A DNA stretch of 64,000 nucleotides, taken from a virus. Its lineage: Duplodnaviria > Caudoviricetes. This document shows, in pieces, positions 56,873-64,000 of this stretch. The first letter of the stretch is position 1. Every line of letters starts with the position of its first letter. The notes under the pieces are model-generated. The model searched no databases. It worked only from the letters and a program-made list of their open reading frames with translations, and was not told where the DNA came from. Both the position numbers and the translations under genes were made by a program. Location of the stretch: positions 288,001 through 352,000 of the IMG/VR virus record IMGVR_UViG_3300027740_000003. The stretch is one strand, 5' to 3'.

Positions 56873-57547
56873 TTACTTAGCATCAGACCCATCAACTGAA
56901 GGAAAATCAGTATCTTCCTCTTCAGTCGTTTTGCTTGTTCCAGCTGCTTCAGGAGCATTACTCTCAGCCTGTGCCTTCGTATCTACTGCCTTCATTCTTT
57001 CCTCCACCTGCTCCGCAGTAGGGGGCGTACAACGCCTCTTAAGATCATCCAAATCAACCTGTTGCTTGAGTTCCAAGTCTCCTGCTGTCAGGGCCTTCTT
57101 AGGCTTTGGAATAATTGTATAGTAATTAGCCGGAACGGCCTGTTTATCAACCTTGATGTTGATATCATACTGACTTGGATCTCCCCAATCCTCCTCCCTA
57201 ACTAATTCTTGAATTCCACGAAAAGCACCAGGAGAAAGATCTAGAATCTTGAAAGCTTGTGTTTTTCGATCAATTATTCCAACTAACCAACGTTTCTGAG
57301 ACTTGAAACCTTTATCCTTTAAAGGATCTCTATCAGATCCTAGCGGTGCCAGGATCCTTACTCCGTATCCCGGATCGTCTTTATTTGTCTTGTACTTATA
57401 GACGGTGAATTCATGAGGCTTCGTAATAATACGAATCACGTTATCACCATTTCCCAACTTCATATACAAGTCTGTGCGGCCTGCATTTTGATTTGGTCTC
57501 TTAAGCTCTACTTCATCCCAATTTGTTAAACCGTATTGTACAGTCAT
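56873..57547 (-). CDS. Single-stranded DNA-binding protein (gp32-like)
   Basis: YMKLGNGDNVIRII, WGDPSQYDINI, acidic C-tail; near recA; AGGAG RBS. Confidence 0.65.
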   Translation of the reverse strand: MTVQYGLTNWDEVELKRPNQNAGRTDLYMKLGNGDNVIRIITKPHEFTVYKYKTNKDDPGYGVRILAPLGSDRDPLKDKGFKSQKRWLVGIIDRKTQAFKILDLSPGAFRGIQELVREEDWGDPSQYDINIKVDKQAVPANYYTIIPKPKKALTAGDLELKQQVDLDDLKRRCTPPTAEQVEERMKAVDTKAQAESNAPEAAGTSKTTEEEDTDFPSVDGSDAK

Positions 57548-57549
57548 TG

Positions 57550-57918
57550 TTAACTCCTATTTTTATGCTTGTATGTTATATTTTCGATGCTAACTATTTT
57601 TGTCCAGGGAACCCTCATGTTAACTACCTTAACGGATCCCTTTTCGACATAATTAACAACATCCTCAAACGAATTAATAGCATTTATTTGAGTCTTGCCT
57701 GCTTTGAATCCAAAAAAATCACATAGTATTGAATTTTCTTCTCTTACTTGTTTTAAAAGTAAGTAAGTTGCAACACCTGTTTTTTCTGATGGATCCTCCA
57801 CACGAAGTGTATATACTGGTCCACTGACCACTTCTTTCATTCTTGCATTAGCAAGAGCTAATGCAGTTGCTTCTTGAGGTTTTTCCTCTATCACCTCTTT
57901 GTTCTTTATCAATTTCAT
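57550..57918 (-). CDS. Hypothetical protein
   Basis: 122 aa, AAGGG RBS. Confidence 0.6.
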   Translation of the reverse strand: MKLIKNKEVIEEKPQEATALALANARMKEVVSGPVYTLRVEDPSEKTGVATYLLLKQVREENSILCDFFGFKAGKTQINAINSFEDVVNYVEKGSVKVVNMRVPWTKIVSIENITYKHKNRS

Positions 57919-57981
57919 CTTTCTTCCCTTCTAAAATAGCCGCCCAATTCTGATTGTTGAAAACTCACCTCCGATTATGAA

Positions 57982-59148
57982 TTAGGCGGGTTGATCTTCT
58001 TCCTCATCTAATTTGCCAATAACAGCGGCTTGTTCTTCCTTCTTCTTAGCTCTTTCTGTCTCTCTTGCTTTATCTATATCGGTAATTAGAGAGTCTGCTA
58101 ATTTTTTATCTTCTTTAATTGCGTCTAGAGTTTTCGGTTTACCTGTCCATTTTAATTCGCCATACTCATAAGTTTTCTCTGTAGGCTTCTTTAGAATGTT
58201 GTACTTGCAAGCAAGCTCGAAAATTTCTTCCTCAATATTAACAATTCCAACCCGGAAATCTACAGTAAATTCACACTTGCGGGGCCAAGGACCAAATTTA
58301 GACTTCTCCACCGTTGCTAGAATTACTCCGCCAATCTTTTCCTCATTTTCATCAAACAACGTTTTGTCCTTTGATTTAGACATTTTGAAATACACATTGC
58401 AGCTCAATGTGTGGTTCAACGTATTTCCGCCTGAAAATGTATGATCTGCTCCATACGGATCCATACTGTCTTTTTTATGGTTAATTATAATAAATGGAAT
58501 ATCAGCCCTATTAACTTCAAGAACTAATCTTTTAAGCTCTTTTGTCAAGAATCTGGCCATAAGACCAAAATTCATCTTGCCAACGGGAGCTGTATCTTCT
58601 CCAGGTGGAATAAGTTGTCCAAGAGAATCTAGAACAATTAAGTTAAAATTAAGTTCACCGCTAGCAATTTTATCTAACAGACCTTCTGTTTTCTTTCCTT
58701 TATACGCATGTGTTTTTGCATCTTCTTTTGGTTCTCCCAAAAGCATTGTAAAACAGCGTCTGCCATTAGCAGCTTGTTCACCATCAACAATAACAACTTT
58801 TCTTGGGTCTATTCCTAGCTGAATTGCCCAGTCTTGCGAATATGTTTGTTCAGCATCTATGAATATTTGCCTTGCTTTAGGATCTTCTTTTTGTGCCTGT
58901 TTTATCGCAAGCATAGACAAAAGAGTTTTGCCACAGCCACTTTCGCCATAATATTGAATAACTCTTCCCTTAGGAAGACCCCCGGATGATAAGGCATCAT
59001 CAAGTGCTAACGATCCCGTTCTTATCACTGGTAATTTGTCATATAATATTGCGTCTGAAAAATGGAAATTTATCTCTCCATCTATCTCTGCGAATCCTTG
59101 AAAAAATGCAGAAACTTTATCATTTATATTGTTTTTCTTTGTTGCCAT
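57982..59148 (-). CDS. recA: RecA/UvsX-like recombinase
   Basis: TGSLALDDALSSGGLPKGR, GESGCGKT Walker A, FIDAE, IVLDS Walker B. Confidence 0.92.
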   Translation of the reverse strand: MATKKNNINDKVSAFFQGFAEIDGEINFHFSDAILYDKLPVIRTGSLALDDALSSGGLPKGRVIQYYGESGCGKTLLSMLAIKQAQKEDPKARQIFIDAEQTYSQDWAIQLGIDPRKVVIVDGEQAANGRRCFTMLLGEPKEDAKTHAYKGKKTEGLLDKIASGELNFNLIVLDSLGQLIPPGEDTAPVGKMNFGLMARFLTKELKRLVLEVNRADIPFIIINHKKDSMDPYGADHTFSGGNTLNHTLSCNVYFKMSKSKDKTLFDENEEKIGGVILATVEKSKFGPWPRKCEFTVDFRVGIVNIEEEIFELACKYNILKKPTEKTYEYGELKWTGKPKTLDAIKEDKKLADSLITDIDKARETERAKKKEEQAAVIGKLDEEEDQPA

Positions 59149-59161
59149 ATTTCACCTTTAT

Positions 59162-59668
59162 TTAATCTGCGGACCCATTATACCCAACCATGGTCTTTCT
59201 TAGTCCTGCTGCGATATCTTTGTAATGATGGTGTGCTTTAATTATTATATCATACTTTTTTTCCAACAGAGTTTTAGCGCCTTTGACTTTTGCCAGTTCT
59301 ATCTCAATATCAAGAACTTCTTGGCTTGCTTCGCCGGCCATTTTTCTCAGTTCTATGGAAACTCGTTTATCATCCGAAGATGTATAATCTAATGCGATTT
59401 TATTCCTTACTGAAGACACTTTTGCTTCCAAATAATTCATTATTTTATGAACTTTTGCTAAATGCTCCGAGAGTACATCTGCCCCTCTCAAAGCCTCCTG
59501 ACAAAGCCTCTCAGCTTGAGCTAATGTTGGCACATCCTCGCTTTGCAATTTAGAGACAACCTCTTGAACTTCCGTTAAATCAAACTCAAAAACGGCATCA
59601 TCTAAACTGTCTCCAACTAAATCTTTTACTTTAATTATATCAGGCTTAACAACTTCCCAATCTGACAT
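59162..59668 (-). CDS. Coiled-coil protein, possible UvsY-like recombination mediator
   Basis: Helical 168 aa directly upstream of recA; function inferred from position. Confidence 0.4.
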   Translation of the reverse strand: MSDWEVVKPDIIKVKDLVGDSLDDAVFEFDLTEVQEVVSKLQSEDVPTLAQAERLCQEALRGADVLSEHLAKVHKIMNYLEAKVSSVRNKIALDYTSSDDKRVSIELRKMAGEASQEVLDIEIELAKVKGAKTLLEKKYDIIIKAHHHYKDIAAGLRKTMVGYNGSAD

Positions 59669-60057
59669 ATTACTTTATTTCCTACTTTGCACACAAAAAT
59701 CTTTATTTTTCTATCTATTGGAATTGAAGGGAAATAGATATATTCTAAACTTTTATAATCACCATTTAAAATCTGACCATTGTTGATAAATTCTTCTCCG
59801 ACAAACTTCCACCCATCCACCATAAAAAACGTATTATTTTCAAATTTGTTATGTTCACCACGAATCGGGAAAGTGGCACATCCAATTAGATTTTTATTTA
59901 ATGGATCAAAATACCACTGTTCTTTCAAAAAGGAATAAAGAACCCTGGGATGAGACACCTCAGTATAAAGGTAAACTATGCGATTAGTGCTATCAATAAA
60001 TGCTTCTGATTTATTTGGCACCATAGCATCATGAATTAAAGAACAATCAGAAATCAT
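59635..60057 (-). CDS. Stand-alone paralog of the LYSFLKE...DGW virion domain
   Basis: AFIDSTN...LYSFLKEQWYFDPLNKNL...VDGWKF aligns with the start of 6651-8057. Confidence 0.6.
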   Translation of the reverse strand: MISDCSLIHDAMVPNKSEAFIDSTNRIVYLYTEVSHPRVLYSFLKEQWYFDPLNKNLIGCATFPIRGEHNKFENNTFFMVDGWKFVGEEFINNGQILNGDYKSLEYIYFPSIPIDRKIKIFVCKVGNKVICQIGKLLSLI

Positions 60058-60353
60058 TTTTTCAACTCTGCCAAGGCTTCTTTTATTTCCTTCATTGCTT
60101 CGTCATGTTCTTTATATATCCTTCGAAGATGTTGATGAAGCATAAGATTTTGAAGAAAAACAATTATTTCTAAACTGAACTTCTTCTGAGGAGCAACTAG
60201 ATATACTATGATCCCATCATCATCTGACTCGAACAATCCTTTGAATAAGTCTTTCCCATACGGCTGGTGGGCAGAACAAATATTCTCGTACATGCTCCAC
60301 TCATCCTGGGTCATTTCAAGTTTTTTGTTATCAACAAGCCTTATCTTTTTCAT
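60054..60353 (-). CDS. Small hypothetical protein
   Basis: 99 aa, TAATG coupling. Confidence 0.6.
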   Translation of the reverse strand: MKKIRLVDNKKLEMTQDEWSMYENICSAHQPYGKDLFKGLFESDDDGIIVYLVAPQKKFSLEIIVFLQNLMLHQHLRRIYKEHDEAMKEIKEALAELKK

Positions 60354-61201
60354 TAAGACCTCTTAATTTTCCCTATTTCCCCACCATAAGCCAATTCTTG
60401 CTGCTTCCTTAATCTTTCCATTCTCAACGCTTGCAATGCTGGCGAGCCTGGTTCTTCACCATTTCCAAAATCAATTCCCCCTCCTTCTGCCATTGCTCGC
60501 ATCTGTTCCCTAGTTATTCCACCATTCATTGCAGATAATGCTTTTTGTGTATATTCTGGGTCCAATGATTCTTCCATATAGTTTTCAGAATAATCCGTCG
60601 GATATCCTCCTTGACCCTGATATCCTGGCTGTGGATAACCTTGTGGAGGATAACCTTGCGGATACCCTTGTTGTGGAGGATAGCCTTGATACGGCATTTC
60701 TCCAGCTAATGCTAATTGTTTAGCAACTATTGGGTTCATAGGCTGCCGAGGCATGTTGCCATAATCTGTTCCACCTTGACCACTCTGAATTTGTTGAGCA
60801 ATTGCACTATATTGGTCCTTGCTCTTTATTCCAGCGCTTTGATAAAATTGTTGTAGTTTATTCGGAGCAATCATTGGTCTATTTCTAAGCTGGTCTTCTT
60901 TATTTCCTAATCCAGAATTGGCCATATGTTGCTGTGGCATATACCCTTGTTGCATTTGGTGTGGATTAAAAAACTGAACCGGCTCAGCCGAGCCAATTTT
61001 TCTCATCTCATAATTGGATAAAAGCCATCCTGCCAACCCATCCGGATCATTTGGCATCTTTTTTAATGCTTCCTTAATTTCATCAAGAAGTTCTAGTGCA
61101 GGATCAGACATAATTGGGCCATTGCAGCCCGGACAAAGGTTGTTTTGAATAGCGCTCCTAAAAGTAGGAGAAATTTCAACGCCACATGACATGCACTTCA
61201 T
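60353..61201 (-). CDS. Zinc-ribbon protein with Q/G/Y/P-rich low-complexity region
   Basis: CMSC...CPGC; YQGYPPQQGYPQGYPPQGYPQPGYQG; GAGG RBS. Confidence 0.65.
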   Translation of the reverse strand: MKCMSCGVEISPTFRSAIQNNLCPGCNGPIMSDPALELLDEIKEALKKMPNDPDGLAGWLLSNYEMRKIGSAEPVQFFNPHQMQQGYMPQQHMANSGLGNKEDQLRNRPMIAPNKLQQFYQSAGIKSKDQYSAIAQQIQSGQGGTDYGNMPRQPMNPIVAKQLALAGEMPYQGYPPQQGYPQGYPPQGYPQPGYQGQGGYPTDYSENYMEESLDPEYTQKALSAMNGGITREQMRAMAEGGGIDFGNGEEPGSPALQALRMERLRKQQELAYGGEIGKIKRS

Positions 61202-61210
61202 AAATTTACC

Positions 61211-64000
61211 TCATCTGAATTCCGTATTATTATCTTCTTCATCATCAAGGTCTGCATGACCAGATTCTATCAATTCTTCTTCTAGTTCATCAAGTAGAAC
61301 AGTTGTTTCAGAAGACTCTTCTGTTGTATTGTTCTTTTTTGTTCTACTAGATGGTAATTTCACTTTTTTAGCCTGCAAATTGGTGGGCAAAGGTGGTTGC
61401 GGAGAAAATTTCGCCAAATCATCAAAAATCACAGAAAGTTCACCATTGTACCAATTTAGATTACCATTTATATATAACCCCACTCCAGGCTCAATTTTAT
61501 TTTTATTATTAGACAATTCAGATACACGATTTTGGAAACGAACCCAACTATCCGGAAAACAAGTCATAACCAATTGATTTCCATGAGGATCTTCTAATTT
61601 AACCTTGGCCATTACTTCGCCTTTAAATTTCGAATCCTCCTTCTTAATTTTGAATTCAAAGATGTTCTTAACCTCTCCCTGCAATAAAGTAATACGTTTC
61701 GTGTATTTCTTATGTTCTGCTGGAGTAAAAGTATCTGGTGGAGGGGGAAAAATCTTTGACAAACTAGCAAAAGAAGGTGCTCCATAAGTAAAGAAACCAT
61801 TAAATTCCTGAACTTTATTTCCGCTTAAACTTTCTCCTATATATTTTTTCTCTAATGCACATTTTTCCGCAATTGTCCAATCTCCCTCATCAGGCCATGG
61901 ATAATTAAACGAAACCCCGACATTCTTCTTTTTCTTTAAATGTTCTCCTAATTTCTTTTTATAATCAGCGGCGTATAAAAACATTAATTTCCTAGACATA
62001 CCAAAAGAATCAAGGCAACCAGAAGCGGCAAGTGCCTGAATTGAAGGAGCACAAACTTTGCTTCCATCAATCTTTGTTAAAAAGTCTTCAAAACTTGTGA
62101 AAGGACGCTTGGCAATAATTTCAGGAATTGCATTCTTTCCCATATTTTTAAGAGCATCAAATCCAGTGAGCAACGTATGGTCATCTATAATTGTATAAGT
62201 TGTTTCGGACTTGTTTAAATCAGGAGGTATTATGTTAACCTTTAGTCTACGAATTTCCTCTTTGATTTTTGCTATATTATCTTTGGCAATTTTTGCATTG
62301 GAACCAACTTCATGTTTAAGGTTTGAAACAAGAAATTCAAGAGGATAATGTGCTTTAAGCCATGCTGTATGAAAAGAAATCATTGAATAAAGCACAGCAT
62401 GGGACTTATTAAATGAATATTTTCCAAAAGGCTCTATAACTTTTTCAAATATATCTTCCGCTTGTTTTTGCGTAAGATTATTTTTCATTGAATCTGAAAT
62501 AAAATCTTCTTTAATCTTTTTTGCTTTTTCTGGATGTTTTCCTTTTGCTTTTGTAAATTTTCTTAAACCATCAGCTTTTTGCAAATCCCAATTAGCAACA
62601 TCGTTTGTAAGTATAAGCAACGATTCGTCAAAAAGCGCAAATCCAAAAGTATTTTTAAAAGCATTTTCCAATAAAGGATGCAATAATTTTACTTCTAATT
62701 CTCCATTTTTTGTTTTAATATAATCTGCCCTAATTTCTTGTGCTGCTGGACGGGCTAAAGTTGTAATAATAGCTAAATCTTCTATGTTTTTTGGTATATA
62801 TTTTTTACACAAATCTATAGTCCCACCACTAGTTCCAAACTGGAACACACCAAATGTGTCTCCTCTAGAAATAAGATCATATGCTGGTTTATCATAAGAA
62901 TGATAATCGAATTTTTCTAAAACTTTTCCAGACTTTTTAATCAGATTATATGTGTCTGTAATAATATCTAAAGTGGATAATCCTAAAATGTCCATCTTAA
63001 CGCCACCAACCGCTTCACATCTTTCTTTTTCCAACTCAATAGATATTTTCCCTTCTTTATCTCTTCTAAGTGGAATAAGTCCTCTAAGTGGTCTTTTATT
63101 TATTACTATACCTGCCGCATGAGTAGAAATGGCAACAATTTGCCCGCCAATATCTTTGGCATAATCTTTAAGTTCTGTATACCCGCCACCATTGTCTGCC
63201 ACCGGCTTTGCATATTCGGCAAATAATGCCGCTTTCTCCAAAGCTTCTACTACTTTGTGTATATCATCTGGTATGGCGTCAGCTAACGCAGTTCCTACTT
63301 TAACAGCTGTTTTACGATCTCCTCCATACATAAAAGCCCTAGCAATTGCTCTTGCATAAACTTTTGGAGTCATCGTATTATAATTGCTTATTGCCGCCAC
63401 ACTGTCTTGCCCATATTTTTTTACAATATATTCAATAACTTTATCTCTGTTTCTTGTTGAAAAATCTATATCTAAATCTCCATAGTCAATTTTAGACTTA
63501 TTAATAAACCTTTCCGCAACTAAACCATATTTAATTGGATCTGCTTCCTGTATTCCCAATAAATAATTTATTAGAAAACCGCCACCGCTACCTCTTCCCG
63601 GACCTACAGCAATATCATTTTTTTTACACATGTCTATAAAATCATAAACAATTAATAAATAACTAGATATTCCACAATAATATGATATATCTAATTCTTT
63701 TTCCATTCTAGCCCTATATTCGGGCTTATTCGGAAACTCTTTCTCTATAGCTATTTCGCATTTGTATCTTAAATATTGTTTGTCTTCTTCTAAATTATTA
63801 TATTGTTCGTTGCACTTTAACCATTCTTGAAATTCACCATAATCTTCCTGGTCTTTTACCGGAAACTCAGGTAGCTCCTTTCCACTTGGATTGGAATACT
63901 TAGGATCAATCCATTCCGGAAATTCACACTTGTCAGCAAAATATTTCGTATTTTCAATGCACTTCTGCGCAAATTCAGGATCCTTTCTACCAAATTGCCT
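61211..64000 (-). CDS. dnaE: DNA polymerase III alpha subunit (family C), partial at the 5' end
   Basis: VGPGRGSGGG, DYGDLDIDF, STHAAGIV, KMDILGL, FNKSHA; frame stays open from 63706 to the window end. Confidence 0.95.
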   Translation of the reverse strand, partial: RQFGRKDPEFAQKCIENTKYFADKCEFPEWIDPKYSNPSGKELPEFPVKDQEDYGEFQEWLKCNEQYNNLEEDKQYLRYKCEIAIEKEFPNKPEYRARMEKELDISYYCGISSYLLIVYDFIDMCKKNDIAVGPGRGSGGGFLINYLLGIQEADPIKYGLVAERFINKSKIDYGDLDIDFSTRNRDKVIEYIVKKYGQDSVAAISNYNTMTPKVYARAIARAFMYGGDRKTAVKVGTALADAIPDDIHKVVEALEKAALFAEYAKPVADNGGGYTELKDYAKDIGGQIVAISTHAAGIVINKRPLRGLIPLRRDKEGKISIELEKERCEAVGGVKMDILGLSTLDIITDTYNLIKKSGKVLEKFDYHSYDKPAYDLISRGDTFGVFQFGTSGGTIDLCKKYIPKNIEDLAIITTLARPAAQEIRADYIKTKNGELEVKLLHPLLENAFKNTFGFALFDESLLILTNDVANWDLQKADGLRKFTKAKGKHPEKAKKIKEDFISDSMKNNLTQKQAEDIFEKVIEPFGKYSFNKSHAVLYSMISFHTAWLKAHYPLEFLVSNLKHEVGSNAKIAKDNIAKIKEEIRRLKVNIIPPDLNKSETTYTIIDDHTLLTGFDALKNMGKNAIPEIIAKRPFTSFEDFLTKIDGSKVCAPSIQALAASGCLDSFGMSRKLMFLYAADYKKKLGEHLKKKKNVGVSFNYPWPDEGDWTIAEKCALEKKYIGESLSGNKVQEFNGFFTYGAPSFASLSKIFPPPPDTFTPAEHKKYTKRITLLQGEVKNIFEFKIKKEDSKFKGEVMAKVKLEDPHGNQLVMTCFPDSWVRFQNRVSELSNNKNKIEPGVGLYINGNLNWYNGELSVIFDDLAKFSPQPPLPTNLQAKKVKLPSSRTKKNNTTEESSETTVLLDELEEELIESGHADLDDEEDNNTEFR

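Noticed and set aside
36234-64000. Inteins or introns in terL, recA or dnaE
   Set aside because: Protein lengths and motif spacing are normal; no splicing or homing-endonuclease motifs seen.

Overview
This AT-rich window is part of a large tailed dsDNA phage genome. Its HK97-fold major capsid protein resembles, from memory, the mycobacteriophage Bxz1-type capsid family. Nearly all genes lie on the minus strand; the exception is a plus-strand block at 2.9-8.5 kb. Layout: (i) 1-774, a partial IscS/NifS-like cysteine desulfurase missed by the ORF track; (ii) 0.8-9.3 kb, probable outer virion or tail proteins strongly enriched in the tripeptide DGY; (iii) 9.3-50.8 kb, a large head module with capsid, decoration-like proteins, a protease-scaffold fusion, portal, terminase, many probable internal or ejection proteins with K-x-A junction motifs, a phosphatase-NUDIX fusion, a GH73-like hydrolase, a ParB/ART-like polyvalent protein and two tRNA nucleotidyltransferases; (iv) 50.9-64 kb, a replication and accessory module with a sigma-like HTH protein, primase, DnaJ, a release factor, RuvC-like resolvase, SSB, RecA and DnaE. 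Main finds: (1) an intact TnpB sits exactly at the portal start codon, and a second, gene-less copy of its omegaRNA/right end lies about 9.5 kb away, where its guide would cover the RBS and start codon of the prohead protease; (2) a minimal release factor lacking domain 1 is split by an RF2-type CTT-TGA-C +1 frameshift and has a hybrid SPT specificity motif; (3) three short peptide signatures partition the proteome (DGY, K-x-A and C-terminal IKDIIE). No tRNA genes or CRISPR arrays were recognised. All family assignments are by motif recognition without database searches.
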